Positions 61,464 to 64,000 of a stretch of DNA of 64,000 nt are shown here, piece by piece; the stretch's first letter is position 1, and the number at the start of each line of letters is the position of its first letter. Location: positions 224,001-288,000 of the forward strand of contig CAXXJS010000040.1 of NCBI GenBank assembly GCA_963662665.2. Reading direction: 5' to 3'. A program made the translations under genes and the position numbers. Under the pieces are notes generated by a model. It did no database searches. It had not been told where the DNA came from and saw nothing but the letters and a program-made list of their open reading frames with translations. The DNA comes from Candidatus Latescibacterota bacterium. Lineage in GTDB: Bacteria > Latescibacterota > UBA2968 > GCA-2709665.

Positions 61464-64000
61464 ATGAAAGAAAAAATGGAATTCGGCGATTACTTGCGTT
61501 CGCTGAGAGCGAAGGAAAACATCAGCTTACGGTCACTCTCATCTGCCGTGGGAGTCGATCCGGCTCACTTCTCACGAATCGAGGCAGGAAAAATCCTGCC
61601 ATCTGAATCGCTAATCGTGCGGCTCACCCGGGTCTTGGATTGCGATCCAGAGGAAATGTTGCTACTTTCGGGCAGACTGACAAAGGTGATGAAAAAGTTC
61701 GTAGCAAATGATCCTCGATATGCAACATCTGTCCTGAATCGCGTATCTGACGTGTCCGTCGCAGAGACGGTCGTACCCTATGGTGTACCGGACTTAGTGG
61801 AATTCAGTCTTAAATTGGGCGAAGACACTCTATCTGAACGGCCTCAAGCTCAGCGAAAGGAAGCCGGACAATTCCTCACACCCGATCTGGTCGGCCGCTT
61901 TATGGCCACGCAACTCGGACCGCTACGTGACGGCGAAAGATTGCTCGATCCATCCATCGGTTCCGGTGTACTGGCATGTGCCCTCGTCGAGTGCGCGATC
62001 AATGAAGGACGCCCAATAGAACTCTGGATCGACGGATACGAAATCGACAAAGAGTTATCTGAAGTTTCCCGCGTGGCACTTGAACGGGCAGCGAGACGAG
62101 CCAAGGAAAAGGGAATTACCGTTCACGTGCAGGTGTACAATCGGGATTTTATCTTGGATTGCACCCCTTCTTCTCAGCTTGGGTTATTCCAGGCCAACGC
62201 AAAAGGTAAAGCGAGAAAGCCGTTACGTTACAACAAAATTATCGCAAATCCACCATATTTCAAACTCAATAGCGACGACACTCGCGTGAAAGCGGTAGCA
62301 GGACAGATAAACGGACATTCGAACATCTACACACTGTTCATGGCACTCTCAGCGAGAATGCTCGCGCCTGACGGATGCGCGTGTTTCATCGTGCCGCGCA
62401 GCTTCTGCTCAGGCGCTTACTTCTCCTCATTCAGGCGAGAGTTTCTAAGCCAAACGCTGCCCCTTTCACTTCACCTGTTCGAATCACGACACGAGACGTT
62501 CAGCAAAGATTCCGTCCTTCAGGAAAATGTCATCATTACATTCCGCAGGTTACAGAGCAAAAACGTACCTGAATCCGGGTTCATCAGAATCTCATCTTCG
62601 AAAAATGCTCTGGATATAGGTAAATCGAAAACCCGAACGATATCGATGAACCATTTTATTCGGGAGTACGAAAACAAGCTCAACTTCAGATTGCCGACGA
62701 GCGAGTTCGACGAACAGGTCATTGAAGTCGTGGATAGCTGGCCGGATACGTTGCAGAAATACGGTTGGGAAGTGTCAACAGGTCCGGTGGTTGCGTTCCG
62801 TGCTCGACAATATCTCGCGGATGAAGGTGCAGTTGAACAGAAAGAAGCAATCCCGCTTCTATGGATGCGCAACATCCGTCACCGAAAAGTTGAGTGGCCG
62901 GCGACGAAAGGCAATAAGCCGCAGAGCATCCTTCTCGGCGAAGCCACTCACGATCTGTCCGTTCCGGTTTCCAACTACGTCCTGCTTCGCAGGTTTAGCG
63001 CAAAAGAAGAACCGCGCCGTCTGATTGCCGCGCCCGTTCTGAGAGAACAATTTACACACAAAAGGATTGGGCTGGAGAATCATCTTAATTATATATACAA
63101 GAAAGACGGCGAACTGGATGCCGACGAGACGCTTGGACTATCAGCAATTTTCAACAGTGCACTATTGGATCGTTACTTCCGTATTTCAAATGGAAATACC
63201 CAGGTAAACGCAACGGAATTACGCGCACTGCCACTTCCTCATCGAGCAGTCATCAGACAAATTGGTGAACGGTATCGGTCTGCTGATCAATCTGAGACAG
63301 GAGTAGATATAGATGTTCTGGTATTTTCGACGTTGCGAGAATCTGGATGTATTCCAGAAGATTTCCCTACAATAGAGGAAACCCGTATGGCGACAGGACG
63401 AATACAGGAGGCTCAGGACGTCTTGGAATTTTTAGGGCTGCCTTCTGCACAACAAAACGAGATGTCGGCACTGACATTGCTCGTATTGGCGCAGCTTTCC
63501 GAAGAAACACCCTGGGCGGATGCCGAGAGTCGTAGTTTGCGTATACACGATATATTGGCAGAAATCAAGGGCAGATACAATCGCGAATATGCGGAGAACA
63601 CCCGTGAGACGATTCGTAGGCAGGTCATTCATCAATTCGAGCAGGCAGGGCTTGTAGTACGAAACCCGGAAGACCTTTCCCTATCGACAAACAGCCCGCG
63701 CACCCATTATGCATTGTCTGAATCCGCGGTCCGGACCATTAACACGTACGGTACCGAAATGTGGCAACAAGCGGTTGCATCATTCAATGATGCAAAAGGC
63801 GTACTATTCGAGATTTATCGGAAACGCCGGGATCTGCACATGGTGCCATTGCGATTGCCCAGCGGCAAGGCGTACCATCTCTCGCCCGGTTCACACAACA
63901 AACTACAGGCTGCTGTTGTTGAAGAATTCGGCCCGCGATTCGCACCCGGAGCCCAGCTTCTCTACCTTGGCGATACAGAAGATAAGACGTTAATTGTGGA
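61464..64000 (+). CDS. XRE-HTH + N6-adenine methyltransferase + BsuBI/PstI-type restriction endonuclease fusion (runs off the window)
   Basis: Manual translation finds no stop; HTH (LRSLRAKENISLRSL...SRIEAG), GQFLTP, LDPSIGSG, NPPY, GNTQVNATELR, then YAENTRETIRRQ, NSPRTHY, LSPGSHNKLQ, YLGDT. Confidence 0.88.
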   Translation, partial: MKEKMEFGDYLRSLRAKENISLRSLSSAVGVDPAHFSRIEAGKILPSESLIVRLTRVLDCDPEEMLLLSGRLTKVMKKFVANDPRYATSVLNRVSDVSVAETVVPYGVPDLVEFSLKLGEDTLSERPQAQRKEAGQFLTPDLVGRFMATQLGPLRDGERLLDPSIGSGVLACALVECAINEGRPIELWIDGYEIDKELSEVSRVALERAARRAKEKGITVHVQVYNRDFILDCTPSSQLGLFQANAKGKARKPLRYNKIIANPPYFKLNSDDTRVKAVAGQINGHSNIYTLFMALSARMLAPDGCACFIVPRSFCSGAYFSSFRREFLSQTLPLSLHLFESRHETFSKDSVLQENVIITFRRLQSKNVPESGFIRISSSKNALDIGKSKTRTISMNHFIREYENKLNFRLPTSEFDEQVIEVVDSWPDTLQKYGWEVSTGPVVAFRARQYLADEGAVEQKEAIPLLWMRNIRHRKVEWPATKGNKPQSILLGEATHDLSVPVSNYVLLRRFSAKEEPRRLIAAPVLREQFTHKRIGLENHLNYIYKKDGELDADETLGLSAIFNSALLDRYFRISNGNTQVNATELRALPLPHRAVIRQIGERYRSADQSETGVDIDVLVFSTLRESGCIPEDFPTIEETRMATGRIQEAQDVLEFLGLPSAQQNEMSALTLLVLAQLSEETPWADAESRSLRIHDILAEIKGRYNREYAENTRETIRRQVIHQFEQAGLVVRNPEDLSLSTNSPRTHYALSESAVRTINTYGTEMWQQAVASFNDAKGVLFEIYRKRRDLHMVPLRLPSGKAYHLSPGSHNKLQAAVVEEFGPRFAPGAQLLYLGDTEDKTLIV

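Overview
GC-rich bacterial window. The C-terminal DFDGSGxVDFADF repeats on secreted WD40 proteins suggest Latescibacterota or a similar FCB lineage (inference). 0-23 kb is a minus-strand block of mostly housekeeping genes: SulP, oxidoreductase, DUF4159-DUF4175-TPR-MoxR-DUF58 cluster, flippase, priA, rodZ, maf, dtd, lptD; tRNA-Leu(TAG) follows on the plus strand. 23-31 kb holds lysA, a glutamate mutase operon that has lost almost all of glmE, and a DegT-like enzyme. 31-46.5 kb is the most interesting region: a peptide-export locus with a candidate sigma54 promoter, three small double-glycine-leader precursors, a cNMP-domain C39 peptidase/ABC exporter, HlyD, a parvulin, four CPBP (Abi/CAAX) and two to three DUF3267 membrane proteases, and no tailoring enzyme. 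The same region carries two copies of a ~190-bp MITE (one interrupted by an ORF-less group II intron) and a candidate unannotated structured RNA. 46.8-61 kb has metabolic genes and duplicated WD40 proteins. The window ends in one HTH + methyltransferase + BsuBI/PstI-type endonuclease ORF that the supplied ORF track omits. All family calls are from motif recognition by eye; no searches were run.
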